From an uncultured Prevotella sp. (lineage in GTDB: Bacteria > Bacteroidota > Bacteroidia > Bacteroidales > Bacteroidaceae), in contig UQFS01000014.1 in NCBI GenBank assembly GCA_900540375.1, forward strand, positions 17,863-81,862: 64,000 nt of DNA. Direction: 5' to 3'. The notes under the pieces were generated by a model. The model saw only the letters and a list, made by a program, of their open reading frames with translations, did no database searches and was not told where the DNA came from. A program made the position numbers and the translations under genes. This document shows, piece after piece, positions 39,401-51,400 of this stretch. Positions within the stretch are counted from its first letter, which is position 1, and the number at the start of each line of letters is the position of its first letter.

Positions 39401-42400
39401 GGCCATGGACGTGAACACGTTGCAGCAGATGGTGGACAACACCAACATGCAGAGAACGGCACAAGGCGACGAAGAGGGCGGACAGGAGCAGCCAACAGAG
39501 CAGAAAGGCGACCAAGGCATATTGGACCAAGGCGGCAATGTCGTAGACCTCTCCAACATCGGCGAAAGCGAGGAAGGCGGCGGAACCGTCGTGCAAGGTG
39601 ATGAAGACAGCGGAGCAGTACCGACCTATCCGGGTGGTGTTGTGGCTCCTGATATGTCAGAGCCTCATCAGTGGCAAGTCGATGATACGTTTACCATCGA
39701 CAACGGCGGTATGCCCATACGTGGGCAGGTTACCGGTGTCGGCGAGGACGGTGTGGAGATATACACCGAGAGCCCGGTGAATGGTAAGAAGATGCAGGTT
39801 GTTAGCCCGGAAGAGCTGCAAAGCATGACGACCGAGATTAACGGGGAGACGGTGCAGGCTCCGCAAGATGAAGCCGCTGCAGAGCAGCGGCCTACGGAAC
39901 CCAGCCCTACCGAACAGAGTGGGGTCAATGGGGTGAATGGGGAGCAGGCGCAAGAGCAAGCACCTCAGACACAAGAGCAAGCACAGCCTCAGCAGGCTGA
40001 TGGAGAGCAACCCGCACGAGCCATTGACCGCATACCGTCGCAGCAGATTGATGATGGTAAGGGAAATGTGCGCACAGTGCATAGCTGGGAGCAGGCAGAG
40101 CCGGGAGATACCTATGACGCACTGACAGAGATATACCACGGCAATGCCGACCGTGTGAAGAAAGGCATAGACAACCGTGTCGGCAAGATTGACAAGGCTA
40201 TCAAGGGCGTGCATAAGCAGATGGACGCTATCGACAACAGCGACGACTTCGACGAGGTTGCCGCACAGAGCGAGCAGTACGACCAGCTCCAGCAGCAGAA
40301 AGACGAGTTGGAGAAGCAGAAGAAGTACTGGCAGGGTGTGCAGATGGTACCCCGCAATCGCAAGATGGACGCCGACCGTCGTAGTGCTGAGGAACAGGCA
40401 GCTGCCAAAGCCGCACAGGAGAAGGCGGAAGCCGAGGCCGCTGAGAAAGCCCGTCAGGAGCGTGAGCAGGTGAACGGCGTGCCAAATGTAGTCAATGATA
40501 TACCGGCAGACGCGCGGAAGCGTGGTTTCCGCAATGTGAACGGCATGGTGGTGAACCGACAGGGCGAGACGCAGGGCGTTAGCGGCAGGGAGAGCAATGT
40601 GAAGTTCTCTTCCACCGACACAGCCAAAGGCCACATCAAGGTTATTGATGCTGACGAGCTCCAGCCGTCACACGTCAGCGGACAGCGCAACCCGTCATTC
40701 TTCATCGACGAGGCACAGCCAAAGGACAGAACGGACACTGTATCCGGAATGGCAGCTGCTAAGATTGCAGCTGACCTCAACCCGGAAGAGATAACGGGCG
40801 ACGGCAGTGCCTACCAGTTCAGTGCCCCGACGGTGAACAGCCGTGGTGAGGTCATTCAGGGCAACAACCGCAGTGACGCATTGAAGCTTATGTACTCCAA
40901 TCCAGCCTTCAAACCGGCTCAGGACGCATACAAGCAGTATATCGCCGACCATGCCGAAGAGTTTGGCTTCACTCCTGAGGACGTAGCGAAGATACAGCAG
41001 ATGGAGCACCCGGTGATGGTGAACGAGCTTGACGTGCCTGATGATGAGGCTATCCGCTTAGGCCAGATGAGAGCGAGCGACAACGAAAGTGGCGGCATTG
41101 AGCGTATCGACCCTGTGACGACCTCACAGAAGCTTGACGGCAAGGTGAGCAGCTTTGCCAACGTGTTGCTGTCCTCACCCGACGAGGACGCAAGTCTGAG
41201 CGATGTGCTCATGCAGAACGGAGCCAAGGCAGTGAATTGGCTGGCAACACAGGGAGCTATCAGCGACACGGCTGCACAGAGTGCCTTTGACAAGAAAGGC
41301 AACCTCACGCCTGAGGCACGCATGGACTTGCAGAATATCTTGAAGCAGAGTTTGTTCCAAGGTGGTGTGAGCGACCTGCCCACGATGTTTGACAAGATGC
41401 CCGCCAAGGCGCAGAAAGCTATCCTCTCCACGTTCATGCGCGACTTCGACAGTGCTGAGAGCGAGCGGATATTGCCTGAGATACAGCGAGCCATTGAGGC
41501 ATGGTACGACTGTGCGATGAGCAATGAGGCGTTTGCCAAGGCTTCCAACTACAAAGGAGCCAAGAATGCCATGCACGACTGGGAGCGTCAGACAAACATG
41601 CTTGACGACAACATGCCGTCGGATAAATTCAGTAACTTTGCAAGAGAGCTGGCATGCCGTCTGCAAGGTTGCAGCATGCGCGAGACGCAACAGAGCCTCA
41701 ACGACTTCTTCGACCTTGTGCAGGGCAAGAGCCAAGGTGATTTGTTTGGCGGCACGACAATGGGCGAGCAGGCAGACAGACAAGAGTCTATCCGCCGTAT
41801 TTTCAATATCGAATATAAACCAATAAGCAATGGAAAGACAAGAAGCAATGCTGTGGCTGACAACAGTAGCCAGAGCGGAGAAGGGCGACAAGGAAGCCCA
41901 ACAGATGGTAAGGGACGCGAACGAGCTGAGAGCGGAAGCGGGTCAGCCAACGGTGCAGGAGGAACTGAGAGCCATGATGAGGAAGGCATAAAGGCTACCC
42001 ATGTTGATACCTACGGTCATGGCTCCCGTACAATATATAAAAACCTTAAGACTGGAAAGGTAACTGTAATCTTCGGCGAAGGTGACAAGGCGAACCGTAA
42101 TGGTGGAAAATATAATGTGAGAACCGCTGCGGAGCAGCAACCTACAGAACCGAGCGGGGATAGTAGCCATAGAAACGATAGTAGCCATAGTATAGGATCG
42201 ACTTCTTCATCTGAGAAGAAGGAGACAGAGCGGCAAGGCGTGAACACTGAGCCTACTGAGAAGCAGAAAGAGGCCGGTAACTATAAGAAGGGACATATCA
42301 AGGTTGACGGCTACGACATCACCATTGAGAACCCTAAGGGCAGTACCCGGAGCGACAAGGACGCGTCGGGGAAGGCTTGGAGTGTGCCTATGCACTATGA

Positions 42401-45400
42401 CTACGGCTATATCAAGGGTACTGAGGGCGTTGACGGCGACCATATCGACGTGTACCTGTCAGACAACCCTACGAGCGGCAATGTGTATGTCATTGACCAG
42501 ATAGACCAGAAGACCGGCAAGTTTGACGAGCATAAGGTGATGTACGGTTTTCCATCCAAGGAAGCTGCTGTTGAGGCTTACAAGGGACAGTACGAGAAAG
42601 GCTGGAAAGTTGGCACGGTTACTGAGGTGAGCCGCGAGGACTTCAAGAAGTGGGTGGAGAGCAGCAAACGGAAGACCAAGCCGTTCGGCGAGTATAAGAG
42701 CGTGAAGGAGGCCGCTGTGGAGCGGCAGCCTACACAACCGAGCGCATCAACCGAGCGTACAGAGCAGAAGCAAAAGCGTACTACCACTAAGGGAAAGACG
42801 GAAAAGAACTTTGTCATTGAAATTCAGAACGCCATCGAGGACGATGCAGCCTACGGAAAGTACGACCACAAGCTTACGATGAGCGACATCAAGAAAATGG
42901 CTCAGAAGTATGACTTGCTGAAAGACTACAAGGACACCGACATGCAGGAGCTTGTGGAGAGAGCAATGACACTTGCCACAAGGCAGGTTGCTCAGGCTGA
43001 CATCAATAAGGACGAGCAGACAAAAAAGGCTGGTTTTGACGAGGTTGTAAGACTGTATCAGTCTCAGCCGAGCCTGAACGCGAGAGACACCAGCCGTGTT
43101 GCTCATCAGCAATACTCAACACCTACCCCATTCGGCTATGTGATGGATATGTTCATGATGGGTGGCGATAAGAAGCCGTTGAAGCTGTTGGAGCCGAGCG
43201 CAGGCAACGGAGCGTTGACGATAGGCATCCCGGCACCGCTGTGGCATGTGAACGACATCGACGAGCGCAGACTTATGAACCTCCGTACCATGCCCTACGG
43301 TCGGATAACCAATCAGGACGGCACCATGCCGTTTGAGCCCAAGGCATACGACGCAGTGGCTACCAACCCACCATTCGGCAGTACGCAGGAGAAGGAGTTT
43401 GACGGCGGCAGGACGAAGATAACCAGTCTGGAGGGGCTTATGGCTATTAATGCTCTTGCCTCCATGAAGGACGACGGGCGTGCCGCCATCATCATCGGCG
43501 GCAACACCCAGTATATGAGCAATGGTGCTATGCAGGCCAAGGATATGAAACTGTTCAAGCACCTGTACACCCATTACAACGTCGTTGACGTTATCAACCT
43601 TGACGGCGACATGTACAAGCGCAACGGAACCGGTTACAATGTGCGCATGATACTCATTGCCGGACGCAAGACCGACGTAGGCGACAATCCTGAGAAGTTC
43701 ACCTTCCCACCGGTGAAGAAGAAGGCGCGAGCCGAGCAAGTAAAGACATTCGACGAATTATATAAACGAGTAGAAGATGACATTCAACAAGCTAAGCAAA
43801 TGGAGCGTGAGCCTTCCGCTGCTGTCAACAGTGACGGAAGTCAGCCAGTCAACAGTACGTCAGAGCGTACTGGCAATAGTGAGGCAGCAGGTGGAGTTCA
43901 GCAACAACCCGTACGAGCAGGCGAGATGGAGCGACGTCCACAACCCGGACGGAGTGTACGACCTTCCTCAGCCCAAGACGGACGAGGAAATGGAGAACGA
44001 GGCCAACATGGAAGCGCTGACCGACTGGATAATGCAGACGGACGAGATGCAGGAAGCAATAACACTGTTCAGGGGAACAGACCCACACAAGGGCAATCCT
44101 CAGAACGGCGAGAAGTCGGAAGCACTGGACGAGGAACAGTCGGAGGAAATCAGCGTGGAGGAACTTCTGAACGGAATAACACCACTGGAGAGCGACCCGC
44201 GATAACCAAAAATGCTGAGGCACAGCCTCAGCGTACAGAACCGCGCGCACCACAAGCACCCCGTCAGAAGGTAGAGTTAGGACAGGAGAAAGTAGCCTAT
44301 CCTAACAAGAGCCAGAGCATGACACTTCAAAGCCGTGTGCCAGCCGCACAGGCTGAGGCTATTGCCGAGAACCTTGACAAGCTTGGCGATGTTGACGAGA
44401 TGGTACGCTCAGAGCTTGGCTACAGCAGCAAGGACGAACTGTACTCTCATCTTGCCGCCGAGCAGATAGACAGTGTGGCACTTGCCATCAATCAGATGAA
44501 GCATGGCAAGGGCTTCATTATCGGCGATATGACCGGTGTAGGCAAAGGCAGACAGGGTGCAGCCCTTATCCGCTGGGCTATCAAGCAAGGCAAGACCCCT
44601 ATCTACTTCACTCAGAAGGCACGTCTGTACACGGACAACTACCGTGATATGTGCGATATAGGCAGCAATGGTTTACGTCCGTTCCTTATTGCCTCAAATG
44701 ATGATGGCAATATCGTTGAGAACGTTGTCGATGAGAACGGCAAGAAAGTCTATGACAAGAATGGCGAGCCCGTTACCCGTGTCGTTTACGGACTTCCCAA
44801 GCCCAAGGAGCGTGAGCGTGTCTATGACTACATACTCCAGAACGGCAAGCTGCCACCTGAGTATGACTATGTGCTTGTCACCTACTCTCAGATACAGTCC
44901 GGCACCAAGACCTATGAGATAGGCAAGAATGGTGAAATAGAAGTTAAGGACAAGAAATACAAGGGCAAGACACCCGGTGCTGACAAGAATGGTGATATTC
45001 GCCGTGATGTGCTGGAGACGCTTGCCAAGGACAACTATGTCTTCTTGGACGAGAGCCATACCGTAGGCAGTCAGTCGTCGAGTGGTTTGTACATGCAAGA
45101 CTTGCTCAAAGGTGCAGAGGGAGTAACATATCTTAGTGCCACCTTTGCCAAGCGTCCCGATAACATGCCCCTGTATGCCATGAAGACAGCCATGAGCGAG
45201 AGCGGTCTGAGCCAAAAGGATATGATTGACGCTATCCAGAATGGCGGTGTAACATTGCAGGAAATTATGTCCAAGCAGCTTGTTCAGAGCGGTCAGATGA
45301 TTAGACGTGAGCGTGATTTCACCGGCGTAAGCATTGACTGGGAAGGCGTGGACGAAGAGACCGACAAGCAGCAGCGTGCCCAGTTTGACGAGGTTGCCAA

Positions 45401-48400
45401 GATATACAATGCCATCCGTGAGTTCCAAGACAACTATGTAGACCCGTCTATCGAGAAGATGAGCGAGGACATGGCCGAGGAAGGCATGTTCAGCAAGAAG
45501 ACCCAAGGCACCAGCCACATGGGTGTGAACAATGTCCCCTTTGCCAGCAAGATGTACAATCTTGTCAATCAGCTGTTGTTCTCACTGAAGGCCAATGCCG
45601 TAGCCGATAAAGCCATAGAGTGCTTGAAGAAAGGCGAGAAGCCCGTTATCAGTTTCAACAACACGATGGAAGGCTTCTTGGACGACATGCCGAGGAACAC
45701 CCCAATGCCGGAGCTTCCAAACTTCTCCTTGACTCTGATGAGAGCTTTGGAGGGCACGCTTCGTTATACCGAGGGCGAGGTAGGCAATAAGGACAATCAG
45801 GTCAACAAGACCCTCAACATCAACGACCTTGGCGATGAAGCCGTTGCCAAGTACAACGAGATACGCAAGACCATTCTCAACCTGAGCATAGGCTTGCCCA
45901 TTGACCCTATGGACGCTATCAAGATGCGGATTGAGGCAGCAGGTTACAAGGTAGGTGAGATTACCGGCCGCAAGTCAGAGATGGTGATGGACGCCGAGGG
46001 CAACTATATCGTTCAGAGCCGCAGCAGCAAGGAGATGGACGGCAAGGCCGCCGCCTCTGCCTTCAACAGTGCCAGCGGCAAGAATGGCGGTTTGGACGTA
46101 CTGCTTATCAATAAGAGCGGCAGCACCGGCATCAGCCTCCATGCGAGCAGCAAGTTCAGCGACCAAAGTCCTCGTGTGATGATAGCCGCGCAGTTCCAGA
46201 GCGACATCAACGACGAGGTACAGATGCGCGGCCGTATAGACCGTACCGGGCAGGTTCATCGTGGCAGGTACATCTACTTAGTGAGTTCCATCCCGGCAGA
46301 GCAGCGTTTGCAGATGATGTTCAAGAACAAACTGAAATCGCTTGACGCAAACACCACCTCTTCGCAGAAGTCGAAGTTCAACGAAATGGAAGTTACCGAC
46401 TTCATGAATAAGTACGGCGATGAAGTAACATGGTCGTATATGATGGAGCACCCCGACTTGGAAGATCGCCTTGGCGACCCACTCGACATGCTTTCTGATG
46501 AGAGCAAGAAGAGCAACCGCCGTGGCGGTGATGAAGAGAACAATCCAAACTCAGGTTGTGCCGGAAAGATACTCCGTCGTCTGCCATTCCTCAGCGTTAA
46601 GGAGCAGGAGCAAATCTTCAATGACCTTGCCGACGCATACAAGGTGAAGATGCAGATACTTAACGACGCAGGAGAGAACGACCTTGAAATTACCACCATG
46701 CCACTGAGAGCCGAGACCAAATCAAGGAAGGTTTGGAAACAAGGCTCAGACCCCGGCAGTGATAATGCCTTTGCCGACAATACATATCTGGAGACGGCAG
46801 AAGTGGACGTGCTGAAAAAGCCTATGAAGGCTAAGGAGGCGCGTGAGTATGCCGACCGCCTGACCGACGGCAAACCGTGGGAGCAGTGGCACGAAGAGCA
46901 GCATGAAGCCGTAGAGAAGTTCTATGCAGACAAGGCAAAAGCCGTTGAGGATAAGGCGAAAGCCGAGGCACAGAAGCGCATTAACAAAGCCCGTGAGGAC
47001 TATATCAAAGGTTGCCTGAAAGCCCGTAAGAAAGGTGACAACAACTGGAGTGACGAAGAGATAAGCCACATGGCAGATATTGCCGCAAAGGAAGCCGCCG
47101 ACAAGGAGCAGACGAAGATTAACAAGCGTACCGTGAGCATAGACGCACAGCGCAACGACGTATTGGGAGCATTGGACGCCTTCACTCCTTTGGAACCGTT
47201 AATCATCCCTCTGAACTTAAAGGACACGAGCACGACCGTTATTCCGAGCCTTGGCACCTTCCTTGGTATCAAGTTCGGCAAAGGTTATTCCCGTTCATCC
47301 TCAACGGCAGTGTTTGCCACCCTTGACGGACGCAGAAAGATTGAAGTGCCCCTTAGCGATAAGACAAGCCTTGAAAACATCAAGCACCAAAGCGTGATGT
47401 TGGGTTATCAGGCCCGTGGCCTCAGCATGGACAACTGGGATAGCAAGGTACCAACAAAGAGCCGCAAGACCGCATACATCGTAACCGGTAACTTGATGCA
47501 GGCACTTGTAGATACTCAGAAATCTCCGGAGACCAAAGGTCAGCTTATCAGCTATACGACCATTGACGGTGATGTCAAGCAAGGTATTCTGATGAATGAC
47601 CGCTTCAAAGAAGAGGACTTAAAGACCAGCGTTCCCATCAGTGCCATGCTGCAAAAGATTATCGACGGCGACGCCGTTGAGAGTGCTGACAAAGAAGTCA
47701 AGATAGAGCGTGGCATGTCGTACCACTATAACGACTTCAAGCTGAGCGTCCCCAAATCGAAGTCTCGTGGCGGCAAGTACTTCTTGGATAAGAAACTTCT
47801 GAGGCTACTCGATGACGAGTTCACCACCAGCGGCAGCAACATGACCGCTTGGGTCAGCCAGCAGAACCTTAAGAAAGTACTTGACTATCTGAGCAAGACC
47901 CTTGGCGTTACCGTACAGGTGAAAGCCAACCTTGAAGAGACAGCGGACAGTCCACATAATGACGAACCTGGCACCCCATCAGAGGCTGAGGAAGGTGGCG
48001 TGCTGTACAGAGAAGTTGACGACGAAGAGGCAGCGAGACTTGACAGCGAGCCGACGGTTAAGGTGTACCGAGCCATGCAGGAGCACGACGGTAAGCTCTA
48101 TCCACCGATGAGTGGCAGGGTGAAGACACAGGTTGAGACAAAGAAAGGCACCCTGCGCACGAAGTGGGTATGGCGTAGTCCTATAGAGATTGGCAAGTGG
48201 GAGCAGAGCGAGGAATACCCAGAGATGGCTAATGAAGACGGAACCTTTACCCTTGACAAGGGCAACGGCAGCACCATCAACGCAGCCTACAATCCGTATA
48301 TCCACACTTCACGCACCCCCATCAACGACCAGTTCTCATCAGCATGGAACAGACCAAAACTTGTTACCGTAGAGGTGGAAGTCCCGGTTAGCGAGCTTAC

Positions 48401-51400
48401 GAGCGGTTATCATGCTGAGAAGGCAAAGGACTCGACGGGCGAGGTAGAATGGAAGTCCGGTCCCGTCGGCAGAGAGATGGCGGCACAGGGCAATCCTCGA
48501 ATGGTTATTTTGAGCCGTTGGGATAAGCCTGTACGCATTGTACCTGTAGATGAAGTTGCCGATGAGTATGCCGTCAGGCTGGCAGGGACGGGGATAAAGG
48601 TACCGTTCAACACCGTGCCACCTGCACTTAGAGACGCGCTTGTTGCAAGAGGCGTTGAGATTAGCGAGCCTGAGGAAGGCAATGCAGGAAAGGCGAGCCG
48701 TCCGAGCTATGAAGAGTGGCTGAAAGGCAATACCCGTCGTCGTGAGGGCAGTGGAGCCTATAGCGATGAAGAATTATCGCTGATGAACGACCCTGTAGCG
48801 AAATGGCTTGGCAAGAGCAACCGCACCAAGGCACAGCAGAAAGCCTTTGCCAACAGAGAGCGCAAGAGCATGGAGAGTGCCGCAAAGGAGCTGGCTGATA
48901 GGCTTCACCTTGACAACGTGAATATCGTGATGGACGCATCCACGCTGGAGGGCAGAAAGGCACGTGCCAAAGGTTTCTATGACCGCAACACGAATGAGAT
49001 AACCATCGTTATTCCTAACCACCGTGATATTGACGACGTGATGCAGACCTTGCTCCATGAAGGCGTGGCGCACTACGGACTGAGGAAGATGTTCGGCAGC
49101 CACTTCGACATGTTCCTTGACAACGTGTATGCAGCCGCCGACAACGATGTGCGCAGGCGGATCACGGAGTTGGCACTGAGCAAGTACGGTGGCGACTTCC
49201 GTGTGGCTACTGAGGAATATCTTGCAAGCCTTGCAGAGCAGACCGACTTCGAGCACATACCCGAGACCTTCTGGCAGAAGATAAAGGACTTTTTCCTTGA
49301 TATGCTTCATGCCATTGGCTTTGCGGACTTTGCCGATAAGTATGACTTTACCCTGTCGGACAACGAGCTGAGGTATATCCTTTGGCGTAGCTATGAGAAC
49401 CTGAAGGAGCCGGGACGGTACCGCAGCATCTTAGGTGAGGCTGAGGACGTGGCAAAGCAGGCAGAGCTACAAGTTGGTAACTATGCACCTGAAAGCCTTG
49501 ACAGCAGTGATAACCGTGTAGCAGAGGCAAGTCCAAAGCTATCATCTGTAAAAAATGAGTTCGGCAAGCCATTTGTACTTTCTTCAAAGGGAAGTATAGA
49601 CATGGGATTTATTGATAAGGCTTCAGGTCTTAAAGAGGCTCCTATCAGACTTAGCGAAGGTGAAGATATTGTTGACGAAGATGGAAAGCACCATGGATAT
49701 GGGCTTCTGCATATTGCAGCAGAGCATGAAGGAGAAATACGCAATGCCAGCTATAACTCTGTCGAAGAGTTTGTTGAAGACGTAGCCAGCAATTACAACA
49801 CAATCCGTGAGGGCAATGTTGTTGCTAATAACCAAACCTACCTTGTTGAATTGACAGACAAGCACAACAATACATTGTATGTCGAACTTTCAAGAGACGG
49901 GAAGTACTGGAATATAAATAGCGCAGGAGTATTCCGTAAAGGCTATTCAAAGAATAAAAAGGAAGTCTACTCCCGACCCGCAATCGGTAGCAGTTCCGGC
50001 ACTCGAACTGCTGGAGTTAATCACGGCGTTAATAATAGTGCCACCGTCACCAGCGGGAACTCTCCTTTGACTTCCAATGCAAAGATAGGGAATAATTCCG
50101 AAAGAGGTGTCAATAATTCCGAAAATGTTTCGGAACCGAAGTCATGGGGCAAGCAAGACCTTATGAGCAAGGCAGAGCAGATAAGTAATGGCATTGAGCC
50201 GGATTTACTGTTCAGAGACACTATAGAAGATGATGATAACACGGCAAGGGAGACTTACGACCGATGGGCAGACCAAGCAAAGGAGCAGTTTCGTGAGGCT
50301 TGGCAAGACTCCATGATTAACGTCAGGAACCTGCAGGAGGCAGTATTGAAACAGCGTGGCGAGAAGTTAGAGCCATACGAGGATGCATACAACGAGGAAA
50401 ACCGCAGCCACGGCATAGGACAGGATAAGAGTGAGTATTTCACTGACAACCTCTATAAGCCGTTGATTGCATCTGTGAACGAAGCAGCCAAAAAGGCGAA
50501 GGTAAGCATTGGCGATGTTACAACGTATATGATGGCTAAGCACGGACTGGAGCGAAACGAAGCATTCGCAAAGAGAGACGCTGACGCAGCATGGACCAAG
50601 TACCAAGAGAAGCAGAAAGCGAAGTTCGACGAATACCAGAAGGCGCACCCCAACGGCAAGCAGACTCTAGCTGATTTCATAAAGAAGAGCTATGACGACT
50701 TCTACAATGATTATCGTGAGAAGGACTATAGCGGACTGACCTCACTCACCGATACCGACAATGTGCAGGACGCTGAGGCAGAAGCACAGCGCATCATAGC
50801 CGATATGGAGAGGAAAACCGACACCAAAGACATATGGGATAAAGTGAACGCTGCAACAAAGTGGACGCTGCATCAGGCTCACGAGAGCGGTATCATCAGC
50901 AGGGACAACTACCAGAGCGTGAAAGATATGTTCAAATACTACATTCCTCTGCGTGGTTGGAACGAGGACACGGCTGGGGACATCTATGACTATGTTGGCA
51001 GTGCCAAGGGAACGGCGTTCTCACCGACACTCGCCAAAGCAAAAGGGCGAAAAAGCCAGGCTGACAATCCTATTGCCTATATAGGCAGCATGGGAATAAG
51101 CGCAATCATACAGGGTGAGAGAAACAGGGTGAAGCAAGCCTTCATGCGGTTTGCAGAGAACCACCCGACAAACCTTGTAATGGTGAGTGAGATGTGGTAC
51201 AGGAACTTCGGCACAGACACCGCCCCCGATTGGCGTGAGGACGTGCCGAACATTCCCGAGAACACATCAGCCGACCAAGTGGCAGCCATTGTGGAGCAGC
51301 ACGAAAAGGACATGAAGGCTTTGGAGGCACAAGGGCTTGCTACCAAGAGACGTGGCAGGCTTCACCTTGGCGTGCCAATAAAGCCGAAAGAGGCTACAGA

